Below the pieces are notes generated by a model. That model saw only the letters and a list, made by a program, of their open reading frames with translations. It did not search any database and was not told the origin of the DNA. From Pseudomonadota bacterium (GTDB taxonomy: Bacteria; Pseudomonadota; Gammaproteobacteria; JAKAQQ01), in contig DAHVLZ010000014.1 in the NCBI GenBank assembly GCA_027320085.1, positions 1 to 62,510 on the forward strand: 62,510 nucleotides of DNA, written 5' to 3'. The position numbers and the translations under genes are program-made. This document shows positions 1 through 9,720 of this stretch, in pieces; position 1 is the stretch's first letter; each line of letters starts with the position of its first letter.

Positions 1-197
1 AACCCGCAGGAACCCTCACCAGCCCGCACGGCCTGATGTCAGGCCATTGATTTTCAACAAAACGCCCGATCGGTCCGCGCTTGCGGACTGCGGACTTTCG
101 TTGCGCTGGAAATTTGCATCGCCCGGGCCATCCCGAGTGCCGGCGCGTTACGAAACGTCGGTACTTGTAGATATTTGCCGACGAAACGGAACATTGC

Positions 198-410
198 TCA
201 GCCGGCGCTGGCCGGAGCCGCAACCGTCTTGGTCGAGGTCGCCAGGCACGACTCCTCGTAGGCCTCGATGTCAGCCTGCCGGTAGAGCAGCCGCCCGCAG
301 AGCTTCAGGAACTTGGGGCCGATCCCCGCGCTGCGCCAGCGTTCCAGGGTGGCCTCACTGATACTCCAGCGGGCAGCGAGTTGTTTTTGATTGAGGTGAG
401 CGACTTCCAT
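198..410 (-). CDS. AlpA/excisionase-like helix-turn-helix DNA-binding protein of a mobile element
   Basis: 70 aa MEVAHLNQKQLAARWSISEATLERWRSAGIGPKFLKL..Y, typical Xis/AlpA HTH; ATG at 410 with GGAG RBS upstream. Confidence 0.85.
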   Translation of the reverse strand: MEVAHLNQKQLAARWSISEATLERWRSAGIGPKFLKLCGRLLYRQADIEAYEESCLATSTKTVAAPASAG

Positions 411-590
411 CTTGGTCTCCGTCCGAATGAGTTGGCAGGAGTCCATGAAGGCGCTGTTCCGCCCGCAAGCCAAGTGATCTCCTTGCGGAAGCATATTCAC
501 CGCATCCTATGCGGAGATTAGGCCGGTTATTCCCCGCAAGGCCCCAACCTAGGCAAATTGGGTGTAAATGTGTGTCTTGATGGATGCGCC

Positions 591-619
591 TCGAAAATGG
601 GTGTAATTGGGTGTAGTAT
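591..619 (+). promoter_or_regulatory. Putative sigma70 promoter of fic, leaderless, with direct-repeat operator
   Basis: -35 TCGAAA (591-596), 17 nt spacer, -10 TAGTAT (614-619), 6 nt, then ATG 626; TGGGTGTA repeats at 559, 598, 608. Confidence 0.5.
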
Positions 620-625
620 TGGTTC

Positions 626-1675
626 ATGCTGAAAACCGACACCATCCAGATCACCGCGGAGATCCTAAGTCTCATCGCCAGGATCGACGAGTTCAAGGGC
701 GCATGGCGCGCTTTGGGCACACTCGCGCCCGATCGCCTGGCGGCGCTGCGCCGCGTGGCCACCATCGAGAGCATCGGTTCCTCCACCCGCATCGAGGGCA
801 GCAAGCTGTCCGACCGGGAGGTGGAGCAGCTGCTGTCGAATCTGGAGATCAAGTCCTTTGCCACCCGCGATGAGCAGGAAGTTGCCGGCTATGCCGAGCT
901 GATGGACCTGGTGTTCTCATCCTGGCAGGACATCCCGTTCACCGAGAACCACATCAAACAGCTGCACCAGATCCTGCTGCACCACAGCGAGAAGGACACT
1001 TGGCATCGCGGCAACTACAAGACCAACTCGAACAGCGTCGCTGCCTTCGACGAGACCGGTGCACAGATCGGCATCGTGTTTCAGACCGCATCACCCTTCG
1101 ACACACCCCGCCTGATGACGGAGCTGGTGGCCTGGGTGAACCAGGAACGTGAGACAGGCCGTCTGCATCCGCTGTTGATCATCGCGCTCTGTGTCGTCGT
1201 ATTTCTGGAAATCCATCCCTTCCAGGACGGCAATGGGCGGCTCTCCCGCGTGCTGACCACGCTCCTGCTGCTGCAGGCCGGTTATGCCTACGTGCCTTAC
1301 AGCTCGCTGGAAAGCGTGATCGAACAGAGCAAAGAGGCCTACTACTTGGCATTGCGGCAGACGCAGGGAACGATCCGAACGGAGTCGCCGAACTGGCAGA
1401 CGTGGCTGGTGTTCTTTCTGCGCTCCCTGGCCGAACAAGTGCGGCGCCTAGAGAAGAAGGTCGAGCGCGAGAAGATCGTGCTGGCGGCCATGCCGGAACT
1501 GCAGCTACAGATCGTCGAGTTTGCCCGTGAGCACGGGCGTGTCACCATTGGCGAAGCCATCAAGCTGACTGGGGCCAGCCGCAACACACTCAAGCAGCAT
1601 TTCCGAGCGCTGGTGGAGCGCGGCACGCTTGATCAGCATGGCAGTGGCCGTGGGGTTTGGTACGGCCTGCGCTGA
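626..1675 (+). CDS. Fic family protein (class II) with C-terminal winged HTH
   Basis: Canonical HPFQDGNGRLSR motif; N-terminal inhibitory motif STRIEG; C-terminal HTH (GRVTIGEAIKLTGASRNTLKQHF). Confidence 0.93.
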   Translation: MLKTDTIQITAEILSLIARIDEFKGAWRALGTLAPDRLAALRRVATIESIGSSTRIEGSKLSDREVEQLLSNLEIKSFATRDEQEVAGYAELMDLVFSSWQDIPFTENHIKQLHQILLHHSEKDTWHRGNYKTNSNSVAAFDETGAQIGIVFQTASPFDTPRLMTELVAWVNQERETGRLHPLLIIALCVVVFLEIHPFQDGNGRLSRVLTTLLLLQAGYAYVPYSSLESVIEQSKEAYYLALRQTQGTIRTESPNWQTWLVFFLRSLAEQVRRLEKKVEREKIVLAAMPELQLQIVEFAREHGRVTIGEAIKLTGASRNTLKQHFRALVERGTLDQHGSGRGVWYGLR

Positions 1676-1683
1676 CAAGAGCG

Positions 1684-1703
1684 GGACGCGGGTTCGATTC
1701 CGC
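1684..1703 (+). other. tRNA/tmRNA T-arm-like fragment, possible att scar at island boundary
   Basis: GGACGCGGGTTCGATTCCGC resembles the T-arm near the ssrA 3' end with one C missing; lies 9 nt after the fic stop. Confidence 0.4.
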
Positions 1704-1775
1704 ATTTGGGAACTGAACTGGCGTCGGAAGGCAGACGAGGTTGAGACCGGTTATCGGCCACCAATCAGGGATTAA

Positions 1776-2748
1776 CCTGAAGTTGCTGGCTGTCCAAAAG
1801 GGATTTTGTTTGGCGTGCAAGCCCTTTCGGGGAAATTGGGTGGTCGTGTCCTGCCTACAGGGCGAGGGTGTCGATGAGACCCATGGCGTGTGCTTGCAGC
1901 GGATGGGGTTGCGTGGTCACGGAGAAGGTGGGCGACTCGGTCTGGGTGGACGTGCGGCAGGTATTGCGCACGATCGTGGCGAGTTCCGTGAGAAGCGTCC
2001 GGAAGCTGTGGAGTGGGGTGCCGTCCGCATGGTGCCGACGCGCGACCTTCGCTTTTGCTCCTTCGGAGCGTTCGGCGGGGGCGACCGGATCCCGGGTGGC
2101 TTGGGCGGCTGGATCCCCGTCGGCAAAGAGGAGTTCCCGCCAGGCCTCCCGGAGATGCCACTCGACATGGTAGGCGAGCAGGCACAGGAAGAGGTGGGCC
2201 CGGACCCGGTCCGCCAGCCGGTGGTGGAGGGGACGGACCTTGAGGTCGACCGTCTTCATCGACCGGAACGCCCGCTCGACCCGGGAGAGGGATTGGTAGT
2301 GGCGCACACAGCTTGGGGCATCGAGGCGCTCCGCCCTGACCGAGGTGCGGATGACATCGATCCCATCGAGGGCCGCCTCGGCGGCGATGGCCTCCTCCTT
2401 ACGGGCAAAGGCCAGGCTCGTGTCGGTGATCGTGAGCGTGAAGTGTTTGGCCATCTGGTGGCGGTTCACGACACGGCCCACGGTCTGCGCCGTCGCAGGC
2501 ACCTCTCGGCCAATGTCCCGATTGGAGCGATCCTGCCGGCAGGCCAGCACGATCCGCGCCCGCCGCGCGAGCGCCTGCGAGGTCTTCTGCCGGCGTGTCC
2601 ACTCCAGCAGTCGGTTGTTCTCTTCACTCGTCAGCACAATCGGCTCAAGCTTTCGACCGCGGCGCATCGCATCCCCCTCGAAATCCAGTCTACCTTTGGA
2701 CATCGAGGACACATATTAGTTCGACGAATTAATGACTCATGACACTAG
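1776..2748 (-). mobile_element. Composite IS remnant: IS630-like left end plus IS1634-like right end
   Basis: Begins CTAGTGTCATGAGTCATTAATT on minus strand at 2748 (IS630-type TA target); ends near AACTTCAGG at about 1776; encloses the chimeric transposase ORF. Confidence 0.6.
1855..2667 (-). pseudogene. Chimeric transposase: IS630 N-terminal HTH fused in frame to IS1634 C-terminal part
   Basis: N-part MRRGRK..LTSEE..WTRRQKTSQALARRARIVLAC..TVG (IS630); C-part MAKHF..EAALDG..IRTS..VERAFRSMKT..RVRAHLFLCLLAYHVEWHLREAW (IS1634); ATG 2667 with GAGGGG RBS. Confidence 0.8.
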
Positions 2749-3134
2749 ATTCGAAAAAGGCCGAGCGGGGAATGGGTCACGGCGATCGCCACGATGTCCG
2801 CAAAAACCAGTACGGCGAGCATGAAAAAAACCCATCGCCAAAGACGCGGACCGTGCAAGCGAAAGGCGAGAATCCCGAGGGCGATATAGACGACCACGAG
2901 CAGCAGCTTGACTCCGAGCCAGGAGGCGTGGAGGGGATCGAGCGAGAGGCTTAAGGCAAGCGTGATACCGCTTGCGAGCAAAAGGGTGTCCACCACATGG
3001 GGGGCGATCCGGAAAAACCGTCCCCGCAAGGGCTGGTCGAGTATCAGGTTCGGTATGCCCCGGACCAAGAACAACAGAATGCTCGAAAAAGCACAGAAGA
3101 CATGAAAGGCGAGCAGGAGCGGCAAAAAACCCAT
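2745..3134 (-). CDS. SirB2-family inner membrane protein
   Basis: Four hydrophobic segments; IAPHVVDTLLLASG and WLGVKL..VVYIALG motifs. Confidence 0.8.
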   Translation of the reverse strand: MGFLPLLLAFHVFCAFSSILLFLVRGIPNLILDQPLRGRFFRIAPHVVDTLLLASGITLALSLSLDPLHASWLGVKLLLVVVYIALGILAFRLHGPRLWRWVFFMLAVLVFADIVAIAVTHSPLGLFRI

Positions 3135-3160
3135 GGCAGAACCCGTGGGGGGGACGTGGG

Positions 3161-4579
3161 TTAGGATAACGACTCCGGTGTCCGGCCGTTTTCAGGGAAG
3201 GTGGCCGGCCTCCCGTTTGTTGGCGGGTGTTCGTACGGAAGGGTGACGCGGGCTTCCAGCCCACCGTCCGGGTGGTTGCGCAGGATCAGCCGCCCATCGT
3301 GGGTTTCCGCGATGTTACGGGCAATGCTGAGACCCAGTCCGAATCCGCCACGTTCATGTCCGCGAGAGGGATCGAGACGATAGTAGGGTTCAAGAACTTT
3401 CTCAAGCCGGTCGAACGGGATGCCCGGCCCGTGATCACGGATCCGGATCTCGACCTGCCGGTCGCCCGGATGGATGCCGATCTCCACGCTACCACCGTAC
3501 GCCACCGCGTTCTGGATGAGGTTCTCAAATAGCCTGCGTAGGAGTGAGGGTCGGCCCGGAAGGGGTTTTTCCAGCGAACCGCTCAGGGAGACCATGAGCC
3601 CCTGTTCTCCCAGGTCCGCCACGATCGTTTCCAGGAGGGCGGTCAGGTCGATCGGTTGTTCCTCTTCCGCCGTGTCCAAGCCCTGCAAGAAGTCGAGGGT
3701 CTGACGGGTCATCGCCTCCATCTCGGACAGATCCCGAATGAACTTGGCTTTGAGTTCGGGATCATCAAGCAGTTCACTACGGAGACGCATTCTCGTGATC
3801 GGGGTTCTCAGATCATGGGAAATGGCGGTCAGCAATCGGGTCCGTCCCTCGATGAACTGGATCAGGCGGCTTTGCATGTCGTTAAAGGCACGAGCAGCGC
3901 GCTGCACCTCGATGGGCCCCTCTTCCGGCATCGATGGACGTCGAATGTTCCGTCCCAAATCCTCGGCGGCATTGGCGAGGCCCCGGAGAGGGCGTGTTGC
4001 AAGGCGGACCGCCCAAAGTGAAAGCAGGATGATGCCGATACCCAATACGCCCAGGTAGGCAATCAGGGGATACGGCCATTCGGTGACGGCCAATGGCCGG
4101 AGATAGTTGAACCGAACCCATCCGGTGGGATCCAGCCGGACCTGAAACAGACTGCGGGTCCGGTAGCCGTATTCGAATGGAAACAGGCGGTCGGCGGCGG
4201 GAACCGGTTCCCTCAGGAGATAGCCGCTGATGTGATGGTGGGGGAGCAGTTTCTGGAGCAGCTGCTGGAATCGCCGGGCCCTCCGATCCTGCGGCAGCGC
4301 ATGGGGGGCAGGTGGAGGACGATGGGGAAACAGTCGGATCTTTACCCGAGGAGAGGTCCGGATCGAGGCCACCAGCCTCTGTTCGGAAGGAGGCAGGCGG
4401 TCCAGTAGGCTGACCAAATCGGCATCCTGTTCTGCCCACTGGCGGTCAGAGAAGTAGACCAGCGCCTGGTTCCGTTCATAAAAGCTGAGGCTCGCAGCCA
4501 AAATCTGCGCGACGACCAAGCCCGTGAGGAGGATCAGGACGAGGCGTCCGAACAGGGATTGCGGCAGCCAGCGAATCAT
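3161..4579 (-). CDS. Sensor histidine kinase (2 TM, HAMP, HisKA, HATPase)
   Basis: H-box ISHDLRTPITRMRLR; N-box NLIQNA; G1 DHGPGI; G2 GFGLGLSI. Confidence 0.95.
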   Translation of the reverse strand: MIRWLPQSLFGRLVLILLTGLVVAQILAASLSFYERNQALVYFSDRQWAEQDADLVSLLDRLPPSEQRLVASIRTSPRVKIRLFPHRPPPAPHALPQDRRARRFQQLLQKLLPHHHISGYLLREPVPAADRLFPFEYGYRTRSLFQVRLDPTGWVRFNYLRPLAVTEWPYPLIAYLGVLGIGIILLSLWAVRLATRPLRGLANAAEDLGRNIRRPSMPEEGPIEVQRAARAFNDMQSRLIQFIEGRTRLLTAISHDLRTPITRMRLRSELLDDPELKAKFIRDLSEMEAMTRQTLDFLQGLDTAEEEQPIDLTALLETIVADLGEQGLMVSLSGSLEKPLPGRPSLLRRLFENLIQNAVAYGGSVEIGIHPGDRQVEIRIRDHGPGIPFDRLEKVLEPYYRLDPSRGHERGGFGLGLSIARNIAETHDGRLILRNHPDGGLEARVTLPYEHPPTNGRPATFPENGRTPESLS

Positions 4580-5307
4580 CGGGCGGGCTGTGCCGCAAGG
4601 GTAAACAGGTAACCTTCCCCCCGGACCGTGCGGATGAGTTTGGGTTCGCGTCCATCATCACGCAGGCGATGGCGCAGTCGGCTGACCTGGATGTCGAGAC
4701 TGCGGTCGGTAGGCGACTGGGGGCTGCGGCTCCAGAGCATCTCGGTCAGGACCTCGCGTTGAATGACTGTCTGGGAGCGTTCAAGGAAAATGCGCAGGAG
4801 CCGATATTCAGCTCCCGAAAGGGCGATCCGGACGTTTTGCGGATCGATGAGCTCACGACTGCCGGTGAGCAGCCGCCAGTCCCCGAAGCGGAACTCGCGA
4901 ATGGATTCGCTGTCCCACGTTTCAGGGAAGGTGCGGGTTCTCCTCAGCACGCTGCGAATTCGTGCCAGGAGTTCCTCTGGATGGAAGGGCTTGGGCAGGT
5001 AGTCGTCGGCACCCGTTTCGAGCCCGACAACCCGGTCGGTTTCCGACCCGCGCGCCGTGAGCATGAGAACGGGAATGCGGGAGCGCTCACGCAGCCACCG
5101 GCACCAGCTGAGTCCGTCCATGTTGGGAAGCATGAGGTCGAGGATGATGAGATCGGGGGACTGGCCCGGTGTTTCGATCGCCGATTCCAGGAATGATCCG
5201 TCCGGGACTGCCCTGACCCGATACCCGTGGCGGGTCAGAAACAGCTGCAGGAGGTCCCGGATTTCCGGGTCATCGTCCACGACCAGGATGAAATCGTTCC
5301 GTGCCAA
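4576..5307 (-). CDS. OmpR-family response regulator (start uncertain; TTG 5307 chosen)
   Basis: VVDDD, DLIILDLMLP, MLTA, GADDYLPKPF, DRSLDIQVSRLR, IRTVRGEGY; ATGA overlap with the kinase. Confidence 0.93.
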   Translation of the reverse strand: MARNDFILVVDDDPEIRDLLQLFLTRHGYRVRAVPDGSFLESAIETPGQSPDLIILDLMLPNMDGLSWCRWLRERSRIPVLMLTARGSETDRVVGLETGADDYLPKPFHPEELLARIRSVLRRTRTFPETWDSESIREFRFGDWRLLTGSRELIDPQNVRIALSGAEYRLLRIFLERSQTVIQREVLTEMLWSRSPQSPTDRSLDIQVSRLRHRLRDDGREPKLIRTVRGEGYLFTLAAQPAR

Positions 5308-5370
5308 GAGCAGTCGGTCCTGTACAGTGAGAAGTCCGATCCCATTGTAAGTCTGAAGTTGGCCGGGTTC

Positions 5371-5384
5371 TGTAACAAAATGTA
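5371..5384. promoter_or_regulatory. OmpR/RstA-type direct-repeat binding site between divergent TCS and RND operons
   Basis: Minus strand TACATTTTGTTACA matches the RstA box TACATNTNGTTACA; minus-strand -10 TACAAT at 5344-5349. Confidence 0.6.
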
Positions 5385-5446
5385 GCGGCACCGCGCTCCC
5401 TTGGTGGGTTCGTGGGAAAATGGTCTGTCACTGACCGGGATCCATC

Positions 5447-6565
5447 GTGCCGCACAGATCCATTCGATCGTTCAAGGGCCGCCTCATCGGGAGTCTCGTG
5501 CTTCTGGGCTTGGTGGGAATCACCATCTGGCGCATTCGTGCCGAGGAAAACTCCGGGAAACCCAAGACCGATGCACCCCTGGTCGTGGCCACGGCCGTGG
5601 TTCGGCTGGCGACAGTTCCGGTTGAACTGCGGGCCACGGGAGAGGTGGTCTCGCGACACAGCGTGAGCGTCATGCCGCAGGTGAGTGGTCTGCTGCAGTC
5701 GGTGAATTTCCATGAAGGCCAGATGGTGGCCCGCAACCAGCTGCTTTTCCGGATCGATCCGGCCCCGTTCCGGGCAGCACTGGCATCGGCGAGCGCGGCC
5801 TGGAAGCTGGATGAGTCCATCGTTCGGCGGGACAGCGCACTTCTGCCCCACGGCTACATCTCGCCGGAAGCCTATGAGACGGCGGTCGCCACGGCTCAAC
5901 AGGCAAAAGCGGCACTTCGCCAGGCCCACATCAATCTGTCCTACACGACGATCCGTGCGCCGATTGCCGGCCTGACCGGCGCCATTTCCGTGCGTTCTGG
6001 AAATCTCGTCTCCTCCAGCATGACGACCCCGTTGGTCACGATCAACCAGATGGCACCCATTTTGGTCGAATTCAACCTGCCGCAAAGTGATCTGGATACC
6101 GTGCTTCACTACCGTGACCGGGGGCCGGTCGGCGTGGAGGTCAGCCGGGAAGGCGGCAATCACGTGCTGGGCACCGGACCCTTGGTCTTCGTTGACAACA
6201 CGGTCAACAGCCTGACCGGCACGGTGCTTTACCGGGCACGGCTGCCGAACCATCCGCTCAGGCTCTGGCCGGGTCAGTACGTGCGGGTCCGTGTGGTCCT
6301 GTCCATTCAGAAGAATGTCCGGGTGATACCGCAGACGGCCGTACAGGATGGACAGAAGGGGTATTTCGTCTACGCGGTGGTGCACGGCATGGCCCGGATC
6401 GTCCCGGTTTCGCTCGCCCGCGAGGTCGGCGGCGTGGCTGTGATCCGCTCCGGCCTTCCGGTCGGCGCGACGGTGGTGACCGAAGTCCCCGAGACGCTGA
6501 GAAACAACATGCGGGTGACCCCTCGGAACCAGCCTCCGGCGGTACCGAAGCGTCGACTCACATGA
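5447..6565 (+). CDS. RND efflux periplasmic adaptor (MdtA-like)
   Basis: N-terminal TM; PQVSG..V.F.EGQ.V..LF.IDP; NLSYTTIRAPIAG; VDNTVN..TGT; LWPGQYV. Confidence 0.93.
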   Translation: MPHRSIRSFKGRLIGSLVLLGLVGITIWRIRAEENSGKPKTDAPLVVATAVVRLATVPVELRATGEVVSRHSVSVMPQVSGLLQSVNFHEGQMVARNQLLFRIDPAPFRAALASASAAWKLDESIVRRDSALLPHGYISPEAYETAVATAQQAKAALRQAHINLSYTTIRAPIAGLTGAISVRSGNLVSSSMTTPLVTINQMAPILVEFNLPQSDLDTVLHYRDRGPVGVEVSREGGNHVLGTGPLVFVDNTVNSLTGTVLYRARLPNHPLRLWPGQYVRVRVVLSIQKNVRVIPQTAVQDGQKGYFVYAVVHGMARIVPVSLAREVGGVAVIRSGLPVGATVVTEVPETLRNNMRVTPRNQPPAVPKRRLT

Positions 6566-9500
6566 AAGTCAATCCGTCGTCCGTCTTCATCCGCCGTCCG
6601 GTCATGACGACGGTCATCATGGCCGCTCTCCTGATTTTCGGGCTGGTGTCCTATTTCAGCCTGCCGGTGAGCGAGTTGCCGCCGGTCGAATTCCCGACGA
6701 TCAACGTCTACGCCAACCTGCCTGGGGCCAACCCCGAAACCATGGCCTCCTCGGTGGCGACACCCCTCGAACGCCAGTTCTCGACCATTGACGGGCTGAG
6801 AACCATGAGCTCGGTCAACACGACCGGCAACACCTCGATCACGCTCCAGTTCCGCCTGTCGAAAAACATCAACAGCGCGGCCATGCTCGTCCAGGCTGCA
6901 ATCTCCCAGGCGCTCAGGCAACTTCCCCCGGAGATGCCTCAGCCACCGGTCCTGCATGAAGCCAATCCAACCGCTTCACCGATCATTTTTCTCTCGATGA
7001 CGGCCCGCCACCTGCCCATGACCACGCTGGACAACTACGCGGAAACGCGTGTGGCCGAGCAGATTTCGATGTTGTCTGGTGTTTCGGAAGTCAATGTGTT
7101 CGGCGGGGAGAAATACGCGGTCCGCCTGGAACTCAATCCCTACGCCCTGAACGCACACCATCTGGCACTGACCCAGGTGATCCAGGCCGTACAGAGCGGA
7201 AACACCAACCTGCCGGCCGGGACGCTTTACGGGTCGACCCGCACCTACATGGTGCAGGCCCAGGGCCAGTTGCGGGATGCGAAAGCCTACAACGGACTGG
7301 TGGTGACCTACCAGAACGGCGCTCCCGTCAAACTGTCCAGCATTGGCCGTGCCGTGAACAGTGTCGAGGCCAACAAGCAGGTCACCTACTTCATCAACAA
7401 GGCCTTCGAACATGGGCGGAGGATGCATTCGATCATGCTGGCGGTCCAGCGCCAGCCCGGATCCAATGCCGTGACCATCTCCAAGGAATTGCACAAGGTG
7501 ATCGCCACCTTGTCGAAAGAGGCACCGGGAGATGCCAGATTGCAGATCTTCCATGATCATGCCGCGTTCGTGAATCTTTCGATCCGGGAAGTCAAGTTGT
7601 CACTCCTGCTTTCGATCCTGTTTGTCACGCTGGTCATTTTCGTGTTTCTGCGCAATCTCCGGGCCACGCTGATTGCCGCGCTCGCTCTTCCCACCTCGAT
7701 CATCGGAACCTTCGCGTTCATGAAGCTCATGGGCTTCGGGCTCGACAACCTGTCGCTCATGGGTCTCACGCTGGCCGTGGGTTTCGTCGTGGATGATGCC
7801 ATCGTGGTTCTGGAGAACATCGTCCGCCATCGGGAAATGGGAGAACCGGTGTTCCGGGCGGCTCTCCTCGGCACCCAGGAGATCGGCTTCACGGTGGTTT
7901 CGATGACCTTGTCCCTGGCGGCGGTTTTCCTGCCGATCCTTCTCATGGGAGGCATCCTGGGCCGGCTGTTCCGGGAGTTTGCCATCACGGTCGCGATCGC
8001 CATCCTGCTTTCCGGTGTCGTCTCGCTCACCCTGACCCCCATGCTGTGCAGTCGCTTCCTCAAGGAAGTGGTGACCACCAACCGCTTCCAGCGCCTGTTC
8101 GAGGTGGGATTCGAGCGCGTGCGGGCCTTCTACGAGAGCACGTTGACCTGGTCGGTGGGGCACTGGCGCACCATGCTGGCCGTCGCTGCGGTCATGCTCG
8201 TCTTGACCTTCTACTTCTTTGCCGTCGTGCCGAAGGGGTTTATTCCACAGGAGGACACGGGTCTCGTGATTGCGGCGACCCAGGCGCCGGAGGGGATCAC
8301 CTTTCACCAACTGAGACGCCTGCAGGACCGGGTGGTCCGTATCGTCAAGGCCAATCCTTACGTTGCCCGCATCATCTCCAGTGTGGGCCAGGGTCAGGGC
8401 GGGACGGCCGGCGGCAACATCGGCCGCTTCTTCTTCATGCTGAAAAGCCAGCGCAGTGTGAGTGCGAACCAGGTCATCCAGCAGCTCCGGCGGGCGGTGC
8501 GGAAGGTGCATCGCCTGCAGGTTTTCTTCCGCATCCCGCCGGCCATCAGCATCGGATCACTGGGCGGAAACGGTTCTTACGACTACGTGCTGCAGGGGTT
8601 GAGCGTACGGGCGTTGAACCGTGCGGCGACCCGCTTTCTCCCCGAATTGCGCCAGGTGCCCGGCATCCAGAGTGTGAGCTCGAGCCTCCAGCTCAACAAC
8701 CCGGAAATCGATATCCATATTCTCCGGCAGCGGGCCTCACTGCTCGGCGTGACGGCCCAGGCCATCCAGGAAACCCTGGACGATGCGTTCGGGGGCAACC
8801 AGGTCAGCTTGATCTACGGCGCCTCGAACGAGTACCCCGTGATTGCGGAGCTGGCCCAACCCTACCAGCGCAACATCCAGGCCCTCAATATCCTGAACGT
8901 GCCGGGTGCGAACGGAACCCTGGTTCCGCTGCCGGCGGTTGCCCGCATCCGTGCGGGTGTCGGGCCGCTTGAAGTCGACCACTATGAACAGCTGCCCTCG
9001 GTCACCTTCTCCTTCAACCTGGCACCGGGAACATCACTCGGACAGGCCACCCGGCGGGTCGAGGCATTGGCCCAGGCCCGGCTGCCTGCAGGCATTACCG
9101 GGGTTTTCGCCGGCAGTGCGCAGACCTTCCAGAAATCGCTGATTGACCTGCCGGTGCTTCTCCTGGTCACGATTCTCGTGATTTATATGGTGCTGGCGAT
9201 TCTCTACGAGCACTTCATCCACCCCATCACGATCCTGACGGCCCTTCCACTGGCCATGGTGGGGGCGCTGCTCAGCCTGATCCTGTTCAACCAGCAGCTC
9301 AACATTTACAGCTTTGTCGGGCTCATCATGCTGGTCGGACTGGTCAAGAAGAACGGGATCATCATGATCGACTTCGCGATCGATCGCCGCCGGGCGGGAG
9401 CCCGTGCGCCGGAGGCGATCATCGAAGCCTGCGTGGTGCGCTTCCGTCCCATTCTGATGACGACGCTGGCCGCCATTCTGGGCACGCTGCCGATCGCCAT

Positions 9501-9690
9501 CGGGTTCGGCCCCGGTGGGGGTTCGCGGCGTCCGCTCGGAATTGCCGTGGTCGGCGGACTCCTGTTTTCGCAGGCGCTCACGCTGTACATCACGCCGGCC
9601 TTCTACGTCGCGATGGACCATCTTTCCACCCGGCTTCATCCGGCCGGGGACGCGCAGCCGGCGGCAAGCTATCCGGCTCCCTCCCTGTAG
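6562..9690 (+). CDS. RND efflux permease (MdtB/MdtC-like)
   Basis: 1042 aa; FIRRPV, GFVVDDAIVVLENI, GLVKKNGIIMIDF, RFRPILMTT. Confidence 0.96.
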   Translation: MKVNPSSVFIRRPVMTTVIMAALLIFGLVSYFSLPVSELPPVEFPTINVYANLPGANPETMASSVATPLERQFSTIDGLRTMSSVNTTGNTSITLQFRLSKNINSAAMLVQAAISQALRQLPPEMPQPPVLHEANPTASPIIFLSMTARHLPMTTLDNYAETRVAEQISMLSGVSEVNVFGGEKYAVRLELNPYALNAHHLALTQVIQAVQSGNTNLPAGTLYGSTRTYMVQAQGQLRDAKAYNGLVVTYQNGAPVKLSSIGRAVNSVEANKQVTYFINKAFEHGRRMHSIMLAVQRQPGSNAVTISKELHKVIATLSKEAPGDARLQIFHDHAAFVNLSIREVKLSLLLSILFVTLVIFVFLRNLRATLIAALALPTSIIGTFAFMKLMGFGLDNLSLMGLTLAVGFVVDDAIVVLENIVRHREMGEPVFRAALLGTQEIGFTVVSMTLSLAAVFLPILLMGGILGRLFREFAITVAIAILLSGVVSLTLTPMLCSRFLKEVVTTNRFQRLFEVGFERVRAFYESTLTWSVGHWRTMLAVAAVMLVLTFYFFAVVPKGFIPQEDTGLVIAATQAPEGITFHQLRRLQDRVVRIVKANPYVARIISSVGQGQGGTAGGNIGRFFFMLKSQRSVSANQVIQQLRRAVRKVHRLQVFFRIPPAISIGSLGGNGSYDYVLQGLSVRALNRAATRFLPELRQVPGIQSVSSSLQLNNPEIDIHILRQRASLLGVTAQAIQETLDDAFGGNQVSLIYGASNEYPVIAELAQPYQRNIQALNILNVPGANGTLVPLPAVARIRAGVGPLEVDHYEQLPSVTFSFNLAPGTSLGQATRRVEALAQARLPAGITGVFAGSAQTFQKSLIDLPVLLLVTILVIYMVLAILYEHFIHPITILTALPLAMVGALLSLILFNQQLNIYSFVGLIMLVGLVKKNGIIMIDFAIDRRRAGARAPEAIIEACVVRFRPILMTTLAAILGTLPIAIGFGPGGGSRRPLGIAVVGGLLFSQALTLYITPAFYVAMDHLSTRLHPAGDAQPAASYPAPSL

Positions 9691-9702
9691 ACTCCCGAAG
9701 GT

Positions 9703-9720
9703 GCCCGCCCGGGCGCGGGC
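9703..9720. terminator. GC hairpin between convergent genes
   Basis: GCCCGC-ccgggc-GCGGGC; no U-tract. Confidence 0.3.
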
